Notes: generated by a model from the sequence alone, not told the origin. A stretch of 61,853 nt of DNA, filler included, from Coriobacteriales bacterium (GCA_031263105.1; 5 parts of 5 records of this genome joined end to end with filler, not necessarily neighbours in it), one strand, 5' to 3'. Positions 49,477 to 59,225 are shown, counted from the first letter of the whole stretch. Numbers and translations: made by a program.

Positions 49477-50814
49477 TCAGTCCGCCTCGCCTCTCGGCGC
49501 CTTGCCTTTAGGGACAACGGCCGCCGCCTTGAGCTGCGTGAGCAGGTCGGAGAGCTGATACGCGAGCGCACGGTCCGCCTCCGCCTTCTTCACCTCACCT
49601 GCGGCATCATAAATCTGCGCCCGGATAAAGTGCGCCTCGCCGATGTTGTCGTTGAGGTTCAAGACATACTGCACCATCTCCAACGCCCGCTCGTTGTCCT
49701 CCAACTCCAAGTACGCCATGGCACGAAGCAGATAGAGGTCGAGCAACCCCGCGTTGACGGAGCAGGCCATCTGCAGCTCCTTGGCAGCAGCCTCGAAGGC
49801 AGCCTTGGCCTCTGCGACATCACCCGTCTGCTTCAGGGCAAAGCCCTTGTAGTAGAGCGCCGAGAAGTAGTTGAGGTCGTACTCCTCGCTGCTGGTGCTC
49901 AGGTCGATGATCTCCTCCGAGTACCTGAAGGCCTGCTCGAAGTCCTCCCTGGCGATGCCTGTCATCACAAGCAGCAGCATGATGCCGCCGTTTGGCTCCT
50001 CAGCGTTCTGTTCTTTGAGGACGGCCTCGGCCTCCGATATCCGCTCGAGCCCAAGCAACAGACGGCCCTTCTCCAGGGCGGCCACCTCCTTCGGCACGGC
50101 GTCCAGTTGATCCAACAGGCCCAGCGCCTGTTCGTAGTGTCCCTGGCCGTCCAGCAGCCGCACCTTGTCGAAGATGAGGCCCTCGTCGTCCGGGAACATC
50201 GTCAGGGCGAAGTCCAAGGCCTTCTCGGCCTCCGCTGCCCTGCCCAGGTGATCGAGGATGAGATACTTGTAGTGATGCCCCTCGAAAATCTCCGGCTGAA
50301 TCTCCACCAGCCCCTCTATGGCCTTGAGCGCAGCCTCGTTCTCGTTTAGGGACATCAGCAGCTCGGTCTTGCGTATCCGCGCATAACTCATGAAGCGGTC
50401 ACGGACGATGGCTTTGTCGTAGTAACGGATGGCCTCGGGCACATCGCCCTTCTCCTCCTCCAGCGAGGCAAGGTTCACGTGCATCTGCGCAGTGTCGAGT
50501 CCCCGGTTGAAGGCCTTGGCATAGTTCTCTCTGCCGCCGCCGTAGTCGCCTTCGAGGAAGTCGATGTTGCCGAGATGGTAGTACGCCTCCCCGTCGTCGG
50601 CATCGAGTGCCAAGGCCTTCCTTATGACATCGCGGGCCTTGGCATACTCGTCCTTCATCACATAGGCCTCGACGAGGTTGTAATAGGTCTGCCTCTCCTG
50701 CCCGTCCAAGGCCAAGGCCTTCTGATAGCAGGCGATGGCATTGTCGTACTGGTCGGCAGAGAAGTAGACCCTGCCCTGTTCGTTCAGTTCTTTGAGATCG
50801 AGGTTCTCGTCCAT
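49477..50814 (-). CDS. Tetratricopeptide-repeat protein
   Basis: Repeated TPR helices (YDNAIACYQKALALD, AYYHLGNI, AIRYYDKAI) over the whole length. Confidence 0.92.
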   Translation of the reverse strand: MDENLDLKELNEQGRVYFSADQYDNAIACYQKALALDGQERQTYYNLVEAYVMKDEYAKARDVIRKALALDADDGEAYYHLGNIDFLEGDYGGGRENYAKAFNRGLDTAQMHVNLASLEEEKGDVPEAIRYYDKAIVRDRFMSYARIRKTELLMSLNENEAALKAIEGLVEIQPEIFEGHHYKYLILDHLGRAAEAEKALDFALTMFPDDEGLIFDKVRLLDGQGHYEQALGLLDQLDAVPKEVAALEKGRLLLGLERISEAEAVLKEQNAEEPNGGIMLLLVMTGIAREDFEQAFRYSEEIIDLSTSSEEYDLNYFSALYYKGFALKQTGDVAEAKAAFEAAAKELQMACSVNAGLLDLYLLRAMAYLELEDNERALEMVQYVLNLNDNIGEAHFIRAQIYDAAGEVKKAEADRALAYQLSDLLTQLKAAAVVPKGKAPRGEAD

Positions 50815-50927
50815 TCGTCGCCTCTTTTCATCAGCCGCCGCCGTGCCGCGCATGGTGACATGCACCGGCCCTACAGGCCCGGTGCCGCGTCCACGCAGCG
50901 CGGCACATGCCGCGAGAGTCCCCTTGG

Positions 50928-51230
50928 TCAGCCACTGATGGACGAAGAGATCGCCCGGTCGGTCTCCTCTAGGATCTGGGCGGTCTTGTCGAGCGAGGCA
51001 GCAAGGTCGTCGATGAGCTGTTCGATCATCGACTTCGTATCAGGCCGGACGCTGCCGCGCCAGCGGTCGGCATAGGAGCGCGAAGCCTCGCCTTCCCATT
51101 CGCTTTCCAACGTCGATAGCATCTGATCCATCTTCTGGATGAGAGTGTTGAGCTCATTGGTCTTGATGTCACGGTACTCTTTGGCGCGGGTGCGCATCTG
51201 GTCCGGGGTGATCCTGATCTGGTTAGCCAT
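50928..51230 (-). CDS. WXG100-family protein, EsxA/YukE-like
   Basis: MANQIRITPDQMR...EWEGEASRSY...AQILEETD. Confidence 0.94.
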   Translation of the reverse strand: MANQIRITPDQMRTRAKEYRDIKTNELNTLIQKMDQMLSTLESEWEGEASRSYADRWRGSVRPDTKSMIEQLIDDLAASLDKTAQILEETDRAISSSISG

Positions 51231-51383
51231 GTTTCTACTCCTGTCTTTCCGGTCGATATTGCATCCTTGTATCTTTACGCCCCTGCTTCGGTGCCCTTGC
51301 CAAGACTCGCCATAGACCTCCTAACCTTGGGAAGCACCTGATCGACTGCTTCCCTCGCTCGCGTCTCCTTGCCTGCGTCTCGC

Positions 51384-51653
51384 CTATACCATCATCAGCC
51401 GTGCGCCAGGGGACAGGCCGACGGCGAATATCGGCTTGTCGATCTCCAATGGCTCGCCTCCCGGCAAGCGGTAGAGGCGCACCTGAGGACTGTCCATGAA
51501 GCAGTGGCCTGCCCGGCTCTCGACCAGCTGGGCCAGGAGCCGTGTCGCATCATAGGCGCCGATCGCCTTGGGCACCCAGAAGTCGTAGGTCTGACCGTTG
51601 GCCGGCAGATACACCGAAATCAGCAGTTTTTCGTTCACTCTTACCTTCCACAT
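51384..51653 (-). CDS. EsaB/YukD-like ubiquitin-fold protein
   Basis: ISVYLPANGQTYDFWVP...GLSPGARLMMV, about 85-90 aa, T7SS context; start may be GTG at 51638. Confidence 0.75.
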   Translation of the reverse strand: MWKVRVNEKLLISVYLPANGQTYDFWVPKAIGAYDATRLLAQLVESRAGHCFMDSPQVRLYRLPGGEPLEIDKPIFAVGLSPGARLMMV

Positions 51654-51703
51654 CCTTCCGTCTGCAGTGCCCCGCAATCGTTTGGTGATTGCCGCGCTCT
51701 GCC

Positions 51704-54700
51704 CTACCGCTTGCCGCGCCGCATCCTACGGTCACCAGATGCACTGGCCGCGCCTGCATCCGCAGCGGCTGCGGTGCCTGCCGCGAGTGTGCCGGAGAGC
51801 AGAAGATACAGCAGCACCATCCCACCGCCGATCACCACTACGACACCGACGATGCTGCCAACAAGCAGCGGGGTGTTGTTGACGAACTGCACCCAGCCGT
51901 TGGTGGTAATCAACAACCCGGAGACCGTCGTCTCGAAGCTGTTGCCGGCCAAGTCGTCCACTACCACACTGATGGATTGGCGCACGTCTGCAGCCTGGAC
52001 GACGTAGTCGACGTAGCCGCCGTTGCCATTGACCTCATCGGCTGTCCAGGTAGCGACGGGAGTGGCGGCACCGTTGAGGTAGAGCTTGGCGCCCTTAAGG
52101 GTCACGTCGGAGATATCGACACGCGCCGTCCGCACGTCCTCACTGTAACGACCGTCCTGCTCAACACCGGTTATCACCACAGAGGGCAGGGTCGCATCGA
52201 GCATGAACTCCACGGCAAGCGAGGAATCGCTCTCGTAGGCCTCGTCGTCCTTGACGGCGGTGTTGCCGGATCTGTTGCCGACCTCGTCCTCGGAGAGGAA
52301 ATTGACGACAAAGGCACCGTCAGCCACAAAATGCTCGGACGGTATGGTGTAGACGTACTCATGCCAGCCGTCGCCAGCCGTCTGCTCGTCCACACGCCAA
52401 TCACCCTCTTCCAACACCTTGGTGCCGCTGCCGGAATGGACGATGGAGATATCCGAGAGTGCAACCGCAGTGGGGTTGACCTCGTGGATCTCCAGCTTTG
52501 GCGCATCGTTGGTGTAGTAGGCCGCCAGCAGGTCGTTGGTGCTGTCGCCGGCGTACCAGGTCGAGCCCCAGCGGTTGACCGAGTAGATCATGTCGACGGT
52601 CGTCTCGTTGCCAGCCTTGTCGGTGGCCTTGGTCTGCAACGTGTAGATGCCGTCGTCGGCGCGGCCGGTATTTTCATTGTGGTACTCAACGGCGACCACC
52701 GAGCCGCTGGTGACCTCCCGCTGGTCGGAAGCGACAGTACCGCCGTCCCCCTTCAGGCTGGCCTTCGTGATGGTGTACTCGATGGTCCCGTCGTTAGTGT
52801 CCGTGAGCGCAAGGGCCACAGGCAGGGACTCGATGCCGTAGGCATGGGCATCCTCCACGCCGCTGACCGCCAGCTCGGGGTTCGTCAGGTCAACGGTGAA
52901 GCTCTCGTCCAGGGCTTGGTCGGCCGCCCTGCCCGACGCGTCGGTATAGGCGAAGTGCAGCACGTACTCATTGTCTGTGGGGAAGGACACCGTGATGCTG
53001 TGGCTGTCCGGGTCGTCCGGGTCGGTTGTCCAGGTGCCGTTGGTTCCGTTGGTCGACTCCCAGTCAAAGACATTTGCCTGCCCCGAGGCATTGTCCGCTG
53101 CGCCCTGGCCGGGCAGGAAGTTGTGCTCGCGGACTGTGACGGTGCAGATACGGGCGGCCTTGAAGTACTCCACGTCTTCGACGCTGCGCATATCGTCGTT
53201 ATCGAAGCTCAAGGAGATGACGGGGTCGGTGAGATCCACCGTGAATGCCTGCGCGGCGGTTCCGGAATAGTCGACCGTGCCCGTGGCACCGCCTGCGGTG
53301 CCCCTGTCGGCGGTGACGTGCCCGGCATCGTCGGCGACTTTGACGGAGAGGGTGTAGTCGGCATCCTCGCCGTAGACGACCTGTTTGGAGTAGGACCTGA
53401 AGCCGTCGCGGCGGGCCTGGGCGGTATCTTCCGTCCAGTCGCCTTGGACGCCCTCGGTGTCGACGACGGCCCACTCGGGGTCAAGATCGAGATTGCGATC
53501 CGAAACGGTGACAATGGCCGTGCGCGGGGTCTGGAAGTAGGCCTTGCCTGCAATCTCGTAGGCCCGCTCGTTCTGGTCGAGCTCGACGGTGACCGTCGGC
53601 GCCTCGGTGTCGATGGAGAAGGGGCGGGTGGTCGTGGTGGTCGCGTTGCCGACGTTGTCCGTGGCCACCACCCTGACAGTGACGCCGTTGGCGTTGTGGC
53701 TGGCGGCATCGACCGCAAAGCCGAAGTCGCCGCCCTCGTAGCTGCCCTTGACGATAGCCGCCCACGTCAAGCCGATGCCTGCGTCAAGGCCCTTCTCGTA
53801 GCTGCCGCCACCGGTCGGGACAAGCTCCTCCTCGCCTTGGCCGGGAACGTTGATATAGGCCCGCACGCTCTTGATCAGGGAGGCTGTCTGATAGCCGTAG
53901 CCGTTGGCGGCCTTGACGTCCACCTTCGGGTCGATGACGTTGGCGGTGAAGGTGAAGTCCTTTGTGTAGAACTCGCCGCGCGGCGAGGATGTGTCCGGCG
54001 TGAGCTTCGGCGTCACCGTAGGCTTGGTGGCGTCTATCAGGCTTCCGCCATCGGAGATGAGCCATGCACTGTTGTCGGCCCAGTCGACGGCGTGAACGGC
54101 GTAGACGTACCTCCCGTCGCCCTTTGGGCTGTCGGTGGCCGTGTACTCGGTGGCCACTCCCCCGCTTGCAGGCAAGGCCGCATTGACGCGGGTCGCGTCG
54201 CCCAGCAGGAAGTCGCCGATGCTTTGCTCCGACCACTGCTGTGGATTGCTCTCTGGGTCCTCGATGCGATAGACGGCGGCGGTCTTCAGGCCGTAGGCAT
54301 CGCTGCTCGCCAAAGCGTAGGCAGGTGCCGTGCCCCTGTTGGCGATGTACCAAGAGACGCTGCCTGCGGAGAACGTGCCGTTGAGGACAAGGCCGAGCAG
54401 ATCCATGCTGCCGCCGTTGCGCGTGATGGTGACCTCAGGGGCGGTGTTGTCGAGCACGAAGCCCGCCTGGGCGCGGGCGGCCTCGCTCGTGAGCGCGCCG
54501 TCCGTGAAGCTGGTGGCGAGGCGCGTGACGGTGCCCCCTCCTGCACTTGCCAGGCTGGCGGGGACGCCGGACCTGCTGGCGATGCCGCCGATGCCGAAGC
54601 CGTCGTAGACGGCGTCGCCGGACAGCGCCGCCGTGCTCGCCGTCCAGACGGAGGCGGCGGGGTCCCAGGCGAGGCCGCCGAGCGCGGCGTCCTTGCCGTC

Positions 54701-55879
54701 GACCCTGTAGGACAGGCTCGACGCGGGGTCGAGGACGCCCTCGGCATCCGCGACCTCCACCGTTATCCGCGCACTCTTGTAGTACGGCGCCGTGCCGCCC
54801 GCGTCCCCGCTCGCGTCGGCCACCTTGACGGTGACCTTCGGAACCATGGTGACGACCATGAAGCCGTTGGCGGCGTCGGCGGCGCCCTGCGCGTCGAGGA
54901 GGTCGCCCGTCGCCGAGACGTCGCCATGGGGGTCCAGGACGGCGGGGTTGCCGGCCTTGTCCCTGATGCCGGCGACGCTGAAGCCGTCGTAGGCGCACTT
55001 GACCTCGGCCGCAGGCTCGAGCGCCATCCCGGCGGTCCAGGCGGGGGAGCCGGCGCCGTAGGCGAAGGCTGGCAGCGAGACGGGGGCGCCGTTGAGGGCG
55101 TAGCGCACCGTGTTGCCCTGCGCCGCAGCGTCGAAGGACCAGCTGGTCTCGCCCGTGATCGCGGCGCCGAGCGTGGCCCTCCGGTAGTAGGGCGCGTTGC
55201 CCTCGGTGCCGCTCAGGGAGAGGGTGACCGTCGGGGCGGTGTTGTCGATGTCGAAAGCAGCAGGAAACGATGGCGGCGATGGTGATTCCGTGTCTTCGTT
55301 GAGGAGATACGTGTAAGACGTGGCGCTCGTCGCTACATTTCCAGATAAATCTTTGATGCCGGAGAGTACGTCGAGCGCGGTTATCCGGTGCTGGCCTGAG
55401 AAGGTGGCAGTTGGGTTCTGAGAGTCCTGAGTGAGCTGTCTGCTCTGCTCCTTGCCGTCCTCTTCGTATGCCACAGCCGAAGAGGCGTAATCCGGATAGC
55501 TTTCGCCCCCATTGAAGGCGACGGCGAGCCTGGCACCTGTATAATAGCCTTCCACGGCGCCTTGGTTCGCCGTCCTTGACAGAACGACAAGCGGCTTGGG
55601 GGCGGTGTTGTCGATAACGAAGCCGTTGGCGGCGACGGTTGCGCCGTCGACTAGGAAATCGCCCCTCGCCACGATGTCGCCTGCGGGGTCGAAGATGGCC
55701 GACATGCCGTTCTCGTCCTCAGAGTCGTCGTCGTCGTCACCAGCATCAAGGGTGACGATTTCTTCTCCCTCTTCTCCCTCTTCTCCCTCTTCTCCCTCTT
55801 CTCCCGCTGCGCCCGCGAGGAGCGGGGGGGCGCCGTGGGGGCCGGCTGGGGGGGCGGGGCGGGGGGCGGGGCGGTGGCG
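51704..55879 (-). CDS. Large Ig-like (Big) repeat surface protein with C-terminal TM anchor, 5' end cut by the contig edge
   Basis: Repeated (F)xIDxTAP and D(K/x)AGN motifs; C-terminal TM helix and basic tail; frame stays open upstream of 55705 (EEG repeats). Confidence 0.88.
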   Translation of the reverse strand, partial: RHRPAPRPAPPAGPHGAPPLLAGAAGEEGEEGEEGEEGEEIVTLDAGDDDDDSEDENGMSAIFDPAGDIVARGDFLVDGATVAANGFVIDNTAPKPLVVLSRTANQGAVEGYYTGARLAVAFNGGESYPDYASSAVAYEEDGKEQSRQLTQDSQNPTATFSGQHRITALDVLSGIKDLSGNVATSATSYTYLLNEDTESPSPPSFPAAFDIDNTAPTVTLSLSGTEGNAPYYRRATLGAAITGETSWSFDAAAQGNTVRYALNGAPVSLPAFAYGAGSPAWTAGMALEPAAEVKCAYDGFSVAGIRDKAGNPAVLDPHGDVSATGDLLDAQGAADAANGFMVVTMVPKVTVKVADASGDAGGTAPYYKSARITVEVADAEGVLDPASSLSYRVDGKDAALGGLAWDPAASVWTASTAALSGDAVYDGFGIGGIASRSGVPASLASAGGGTVTRLATSFTDGALTSEAARAQAGFVLDNTAPEVTITRNGGSMDLLGLVLNGTFSAGSVSWYIANRGTAPAYALASSDAYGLKTAAVYRIEDPESNPQQWSEQSIGDFLLGDATRVNAALPASGGVATEYTATDSPKGDGRYVYAVHAVDWADNSAWLISDGGSLIDATKPTVTPKLTPDTSSPRGEFYTKDFTFTANVIDPKVDVKAANGYGYQTASLIKSVRAYINVPGQGEEELVPTGGGSYEKGLDAGIGLTWAAIVKGSYEGGDFGFAVDAASHNANGVTVRVVATDNVGNATTTTTRPFSIDTEAPTVTVELDQNERAYEIAGKAYFQTPRTAIVTVSDRNLDLDPEWAVVDTEGVQGDWTEDTAQARRDGFRSYSKQVVYGEDADYTLSVKVADDAGHVTADRGTAGGATGTVDYSGTAAQAFTVDLTDPVISLSFDNDDMRSVEDVEYFKAARICTVTVREHNFLPGQGAADNASGQANVFDWESTNGTNGTWTTDPDDPDSHSITVSFPTDNEYVLHFAYTDASGRAADQALDESFTVDLTNPELAVSGVEDAHAYGIESLPVALALTDTNDGTIEYTITKASLKGDGGTVASDQREVTSGSVVAVEYHNENTGRADDGIYTLQTKATDKAGNETTVDMIYSVNRWGSTWYAGDSTNDLLAAYYTNDAPKLEIHEVNPTAVALSDISIVHSGSGTKVLEEGDWRVDEQTAGDGWHEYVYTIPSEHFVADGAFVVNFLSEDEVGNRSGNTAVKDDEAYESDSSLAVEFMLDATLPSVVITGVEQDGRYSEDVRTARVDISDVTLKGAKLYLNGAATPVATWTADEVNGNGGYVDYVVQAADVRQSISVVVDDLAGNSFETTVSGLLITTNGWVQFVNNTPLLVGSIVGVVVVIGGGMVLLYLLLSGTLAAGTAAAADAGAASASGDRRMRRGKR

Positions 55880-55880
55880 G

Positions 55881-55980
55881 NNNNNNNNNNNNNNNNNNNN
55901 NNNNNNNNNNNNNNNNNNNNNNNNTTAATTAATTAANNNNNNNNNNNNNNNNNNNNNNNNNNNNNNNNNNNNNNNNNNNN
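55881..55980. other. Artificial contig linker
   Basis: N-run/TTAATTAATTAA/N-run. Confidence 0.98.
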
Positions 55981-56008
55981 CCGGCGCGCGCCCGCCCCCG
56001 CCCCCGCG

Positions 56009-56042
<34 letters not shown>

Positions 56043-56053
56043 ACCCAGTCAAC

Positions 56054-56082
56054 TTGACCAAGTCTGGTAATTCACGTACCAT
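56054..56082 (+). promoter_or_regulatory. sigma70-type promoter of the second TA operon
   Basis: TTGACC-17 bp-TACCAT about 40 bp upstream of the antitoxin ATG. Confidence 0.6.
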
Positions 56083-56123
56083 GGAAGCCACGCGACAGAC
56101 AGAGACGTGAGACGGAGGACGAC

Positions 56124-56357
56124 ATGCCCGTGACCATGAACATGCAGGAGGCGAAGACCAACCTGTCGAGGCTGGTCAATGCCGCGCTGGCAGGGGACGA
56201 GGTCGTCATTGCGAACCGTGGCGTGCCGGCGGTCAAGCTGGTGCCCTACGTGCGCCCCAAAAAACGCGAGCTGGGCTTCGTGAAGGGCGACGAGTCCTGG
56301 GACGACGCATTCTTCGAGCCTCTCTCAGAGGAGGATCTGGAACTATGGGGGAGCTAG
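56124..56357 (+). CDS. Phd/YefM-family antitoxin
   Basis: NMQEAKTNLSRLV...GDEVVIANRGVPAVKLVP. Confidence 0.92.
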   Translation: MPVTMNMQEAKTNLSRLVNAALAGDEVVIANRGVPAVKLVPYVRPKKRELGFVKGDESWDDAFFEPLSEEDLELWGS

Positions 56358-56767
56358 TCGCGCTCAACGGCCACAGGGGCTATCTGCTTGACACGCATAC
56401 CTTCCTCTGGGCCGCGAGAAATCCCAAGCGACTGGGAAAAGCCGCCCGCGCTGCGCTGGAGGCACCGGACCGACGCCTCTACCTCTCGTCGTTCAGTGCG
56501 TATGAGGTGGCCCGGAAGCACCACATCGGCAAATTGGATCCGAGCTATGCCTTCGTCGTCGAGAACTACACGGAGGTTGCGCGCAGGCTCGGCGTGACGG
56601 ACCTTCCCGTCACCCTTGCCCATGCCTACCAGGCCGGACAGATGGACTGGCCTCACCGCGACCCCTTCGACCGCGTCATCGCCGCCCAGGCCGCGCTGGA
56701 GAACCTGGTGCTCATCACCAACGACGCCGCACTGGGCGTCCACCCCTGGGTAGAGACCGTCTGGTAG
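56345..56767 (+). CDS. vapC: VapC-family PIN-domain toxin
   Basis: YLLDTHTFLW, SAYEV, HRDPFDRVIAAQA..E...LITND. Confidence 0.92.
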   Translation: MGELVALNGHRGYLLDTHTFLWAARNPKRLGKAARAALEAPDRRLYLSSFSAYEVARKHHIGKLDPSYAFVVENYTEVARRLGVTDLPVTLAHAYQAGQMDWPHRDPFDRVIAAQAALENLVLITNDAALGVHPWVETVW

Positions 56768-56800
56768 CATGGCGAATGCTTATTTTGCAAGGAAGGTTGC

Positions 56801-57187
56801 ATGGATAACTACCGAGTCATAATCCCAACAGACATCAGCCCGTATCCGTGGCCACATGAGGTTAGCGCAGCAGTCATCCTCGCAGAGCATTTCCAAGCCG
56901 ATGTTGAGTTCTTGAAACGAATAGTCAATTCAAGGTCAGCAGATGTCTTGATAAAGAGCACGATTTGGGAGATAAAGAGCCCCACCGGTAAAGGCAAGCG
57001 CAACATCCAGCACACGCTGAGCGCAGCGCTCAAGCAGTCCCGCTGCATTGTGTTCGATGCCCGTCGGTCTAAAATTCACATCGACAGAATCGCTGGCGAG
57101 CTGCAAAAGCAGCTCGCAATGACCGCATCCATCGAACGCCTGATTCTCATCCGCAAAGACAAAACCGCGCTTGAGCTTTCACGCTGA
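56801..57187 (+). CDS. Stand-alone PD-(D/E)XK nuclease resembling the CdiA C-terminal tRNase family
   Basis: HE...A..L, ADVLI, WEIKSP, NI....ALKQ...IVFD pattern recognised by eye. Confidence 0.62.
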   Translation: MDNYRVIIPTDISPYPWPHEVSAAVILAEHFQADVEFLKRIVNSRSADVLIKSTIWEIKSPTGKGKRNIQHTLSAALKQSRCIVFDARRSKIHIDRIAGELQKQLAMTASIERLILIRKDKTALELSR

Positions 57188-57289
57188 GTCTGATACCCTA
57201 TAGGCATCGAAAGCCCAACAGCGTTGGATAACGCATGTATGGGCTTTCCTTGTGTCTTGGCTCCGCGGCATCACCGCAGCAAGCGTCCT

Positions 57290-57381
57290 GCGGATTCGCA
57301 ACTTTGTGGGTCGGTTTTGGCGACTACCGGGAACTGGATGACGGAGTACCTCAGATTCCCCTCGATTGTCTGGAACCGTAA
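57290..57381 (+). pseudogene. 3' fragment of a DUF4143-type gene
   Basis: Translates GFGDYRELDDGVPQIPLDCLEP*, paralogous to the end of 58533-59024 (GFGTCRELDDGVFQIPVGCLGA*). Confidence 0.7.
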
Positions 57382-57432
57382 GTGCACTTCTAGAAGCGAG
57401 AGCGATACGGCACAAAGCGACAGTTCTCCTCA

Positions 57433-57654
57433 TGGGACGACGCATTCTTCGAGCCTCTTTCAGAAGAGGATCTGGAACTATGGGGGAGCTAGTCGCGCTC
57501 AACGACCATAGGGGCTATCTGCTTGACACGCATACCTTCCTCTGGGCCGCGAGAAATCCCAAGCGACTGAGGAAGGCCGCCCACGCTGCGCTGGAGGCAC
57601 CGGGCCGATGTCTCTGCCTCTCGTCGTTCAGTGCGTATGAGGTGGTCCAGAAGC
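57433..57654 (+). pseudogene. Partial duplicate of the antitoxin 3' end and vapC 5' part
   Basis: 222-bp near-identical direct repeat of 56298-56519. Confidence 0.88.
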
Positions 57655-57660
57655 TACTGC

Positions 57661-58269
57661 CTATAGCCCTCCAGGTACCGCACTCATCTCGTCGTGGGTG
57701 TTGACCTCAAGGCTGCGGTAGACCTGGTGCAGGTGAAAGCGTACCGTGGTGGCACTGATGAACAGGCGATCGGCAATCTCTTTGGTGCCCAGGCCCTGAA
57801 CGGCCAGAATGAGAACGTCTCGCTGACGCTGAGTGAGGGCATGGTGCTCGCAGACCTCCAAACAGATGGAGACCAGCTCTTCGCTACCCAGCTTGTTGGC
57901 CTCCACCAACGGAAAGAGCATACGCTGGTTGAGCAAAAACGTCGAAGCCACGAGCAACGCAATGATCAGCGGCGGCAAGGCCATGATGACATCGACAGCG
58001 AATGTCTGGGCCACTAGGTTGACCAAAAAGCCCAAGGCGATGCCTACGAACATGAACAGAAAGGCGGAGCTGTGATAAAGCGGCAGGCGTTCGATGGTCT
58101 GATAGCGCGAGAGCGTCGCATACACTACGAACACGCTGGTCATGAACAGCACCGATCCCACGATCGTCGCCAGCTGGGCGACGATATCGTAGATCCGGTA
58201 AGAGCCATGGGCAGACAGGAAGATGCCCAACAAAGCCAGGATAACGGCGCTTTGGGCTGCCAGGAGCAC
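57661..58269 (-). pseudogene. Probably truncated multi-TM LuxR-family regulator
   Basis: About 4 TM helices then LTQRQRDVL...ISATTVRFHLHQVYRSL; no clear start or RBS, and the end abuts the vapC fragment. Confidence 0.62.
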
Positions 58270-58355
58270 GTTTTTGAGGTTGCCGACGATGGGTCATCTG
58301 ACCAAGCTTACTTGACTCAGTCTTGTTGTTCCTGCAAGGCAACGGGCCTCAAATG

Positions 58356-58512
58356 TGTTCACACCCCCACTGTCATCCCGAGCCTGCCGAGGGATCCTCG
58401 GCTGCGAAGCAGCCGACCGCAGGTCGCAGGATCTTCTGACCGCAGTCGACCGCTTGCGCGGCCGAGGATCCCTCGGCAGGCTCGGGATGACAGTGGGGGT
58501 GTGAACAGTAAC
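58356..58512. mobile_element. MITE copy lacking the outermost left bases
   Basis: TGTTCACACCCCCACTGTCATCCCGAGCCTGCCGAGGGATC ... GATCCCTCGGCAGGCTCGGGATGACAGTGGGGGTGTGAACAGTAAC; no TSD visible. Confidence 0.8.
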
Positions 58513-58532
58513 CCTCTCCCTATCTCAATGCC

Positions 58533-59024
58533 TTGGAGCGACTGATGATCCTTGAGCCCCTCTTCAGTAGGTCCGTCCGCATGCGCTCCAAAGTCGGCCT
58601 GAGCCTTTCTCCACACCTGCACTTTGTGGATCCGTCGCTGGCTTGCGCCGCCTTGAGGACTCAGACAGAGGATCCGATGGACGACCTTGGGGCTTTGGGG
58701 CTGCTCTTCGAGTCTCTGGTCATTCGTGATCTGAGGACATACTCGCAAGAGGCACGGGGCGAGGTTCGCTTTTTCGGAAGTTACGACGATGACGAGATCG
58801 ATGCGATCATCACCTATGGCAACAAGCGCTGGGCGGCCTGTGAGATCAAGCTGAATCCTGAAAAGGCCCCCGCAGCAGCCGAGGACTTGAACAGGATTAT
58901 CAGGAAAATCGACACCGACCATGCCGGGAAACCGGCTTTCAAAGCCGTTATCACTGGCTTTGGCACCTGCAGGGAACTGGATGACGGAGTGTTCCAGATT
59001 CCCGTCGGATGCCTGGGGGCATAG
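58533..59024 (+). pseudogene. DUF4143-domain fragment (N-terminal AAA ATPase missing)
   Basis: SPHLHFVDPSLA, GLLFESLVIRDL, EIDAII...WAACEIKL; begins right after the MITE. Confidence 0.72.
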
Positions 59025-59225
59025 GAGCGCTCCCAAGAAACCCCTCGTATTCCTTGGAGGCCAATGAGGGCGGTTCTCGGGTCTTTCGCTACAGGAGTCG
59101 CTCTGTATCACCGTCCCCCGTCCCCGTCAGTCCGCAGCGGTGCCAATCTGTGCTATCGTATCCACTCCGAGCCGCAAGGGACTGCGCGGCGCGGCGCGAC
59201 GTTTCCCCACGCACAGGAGGGCCAC

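Noticed and set aside
51689..55285. 1198-aa plus-strand ORF and other long antisense ORFs (e.g. 29890-32283, 27926-29617, 41475-42974, 17378-18739)
   Set aside because: Shadow frames opposite well-supported genes in high-GC DNA; no recognisable motifs.
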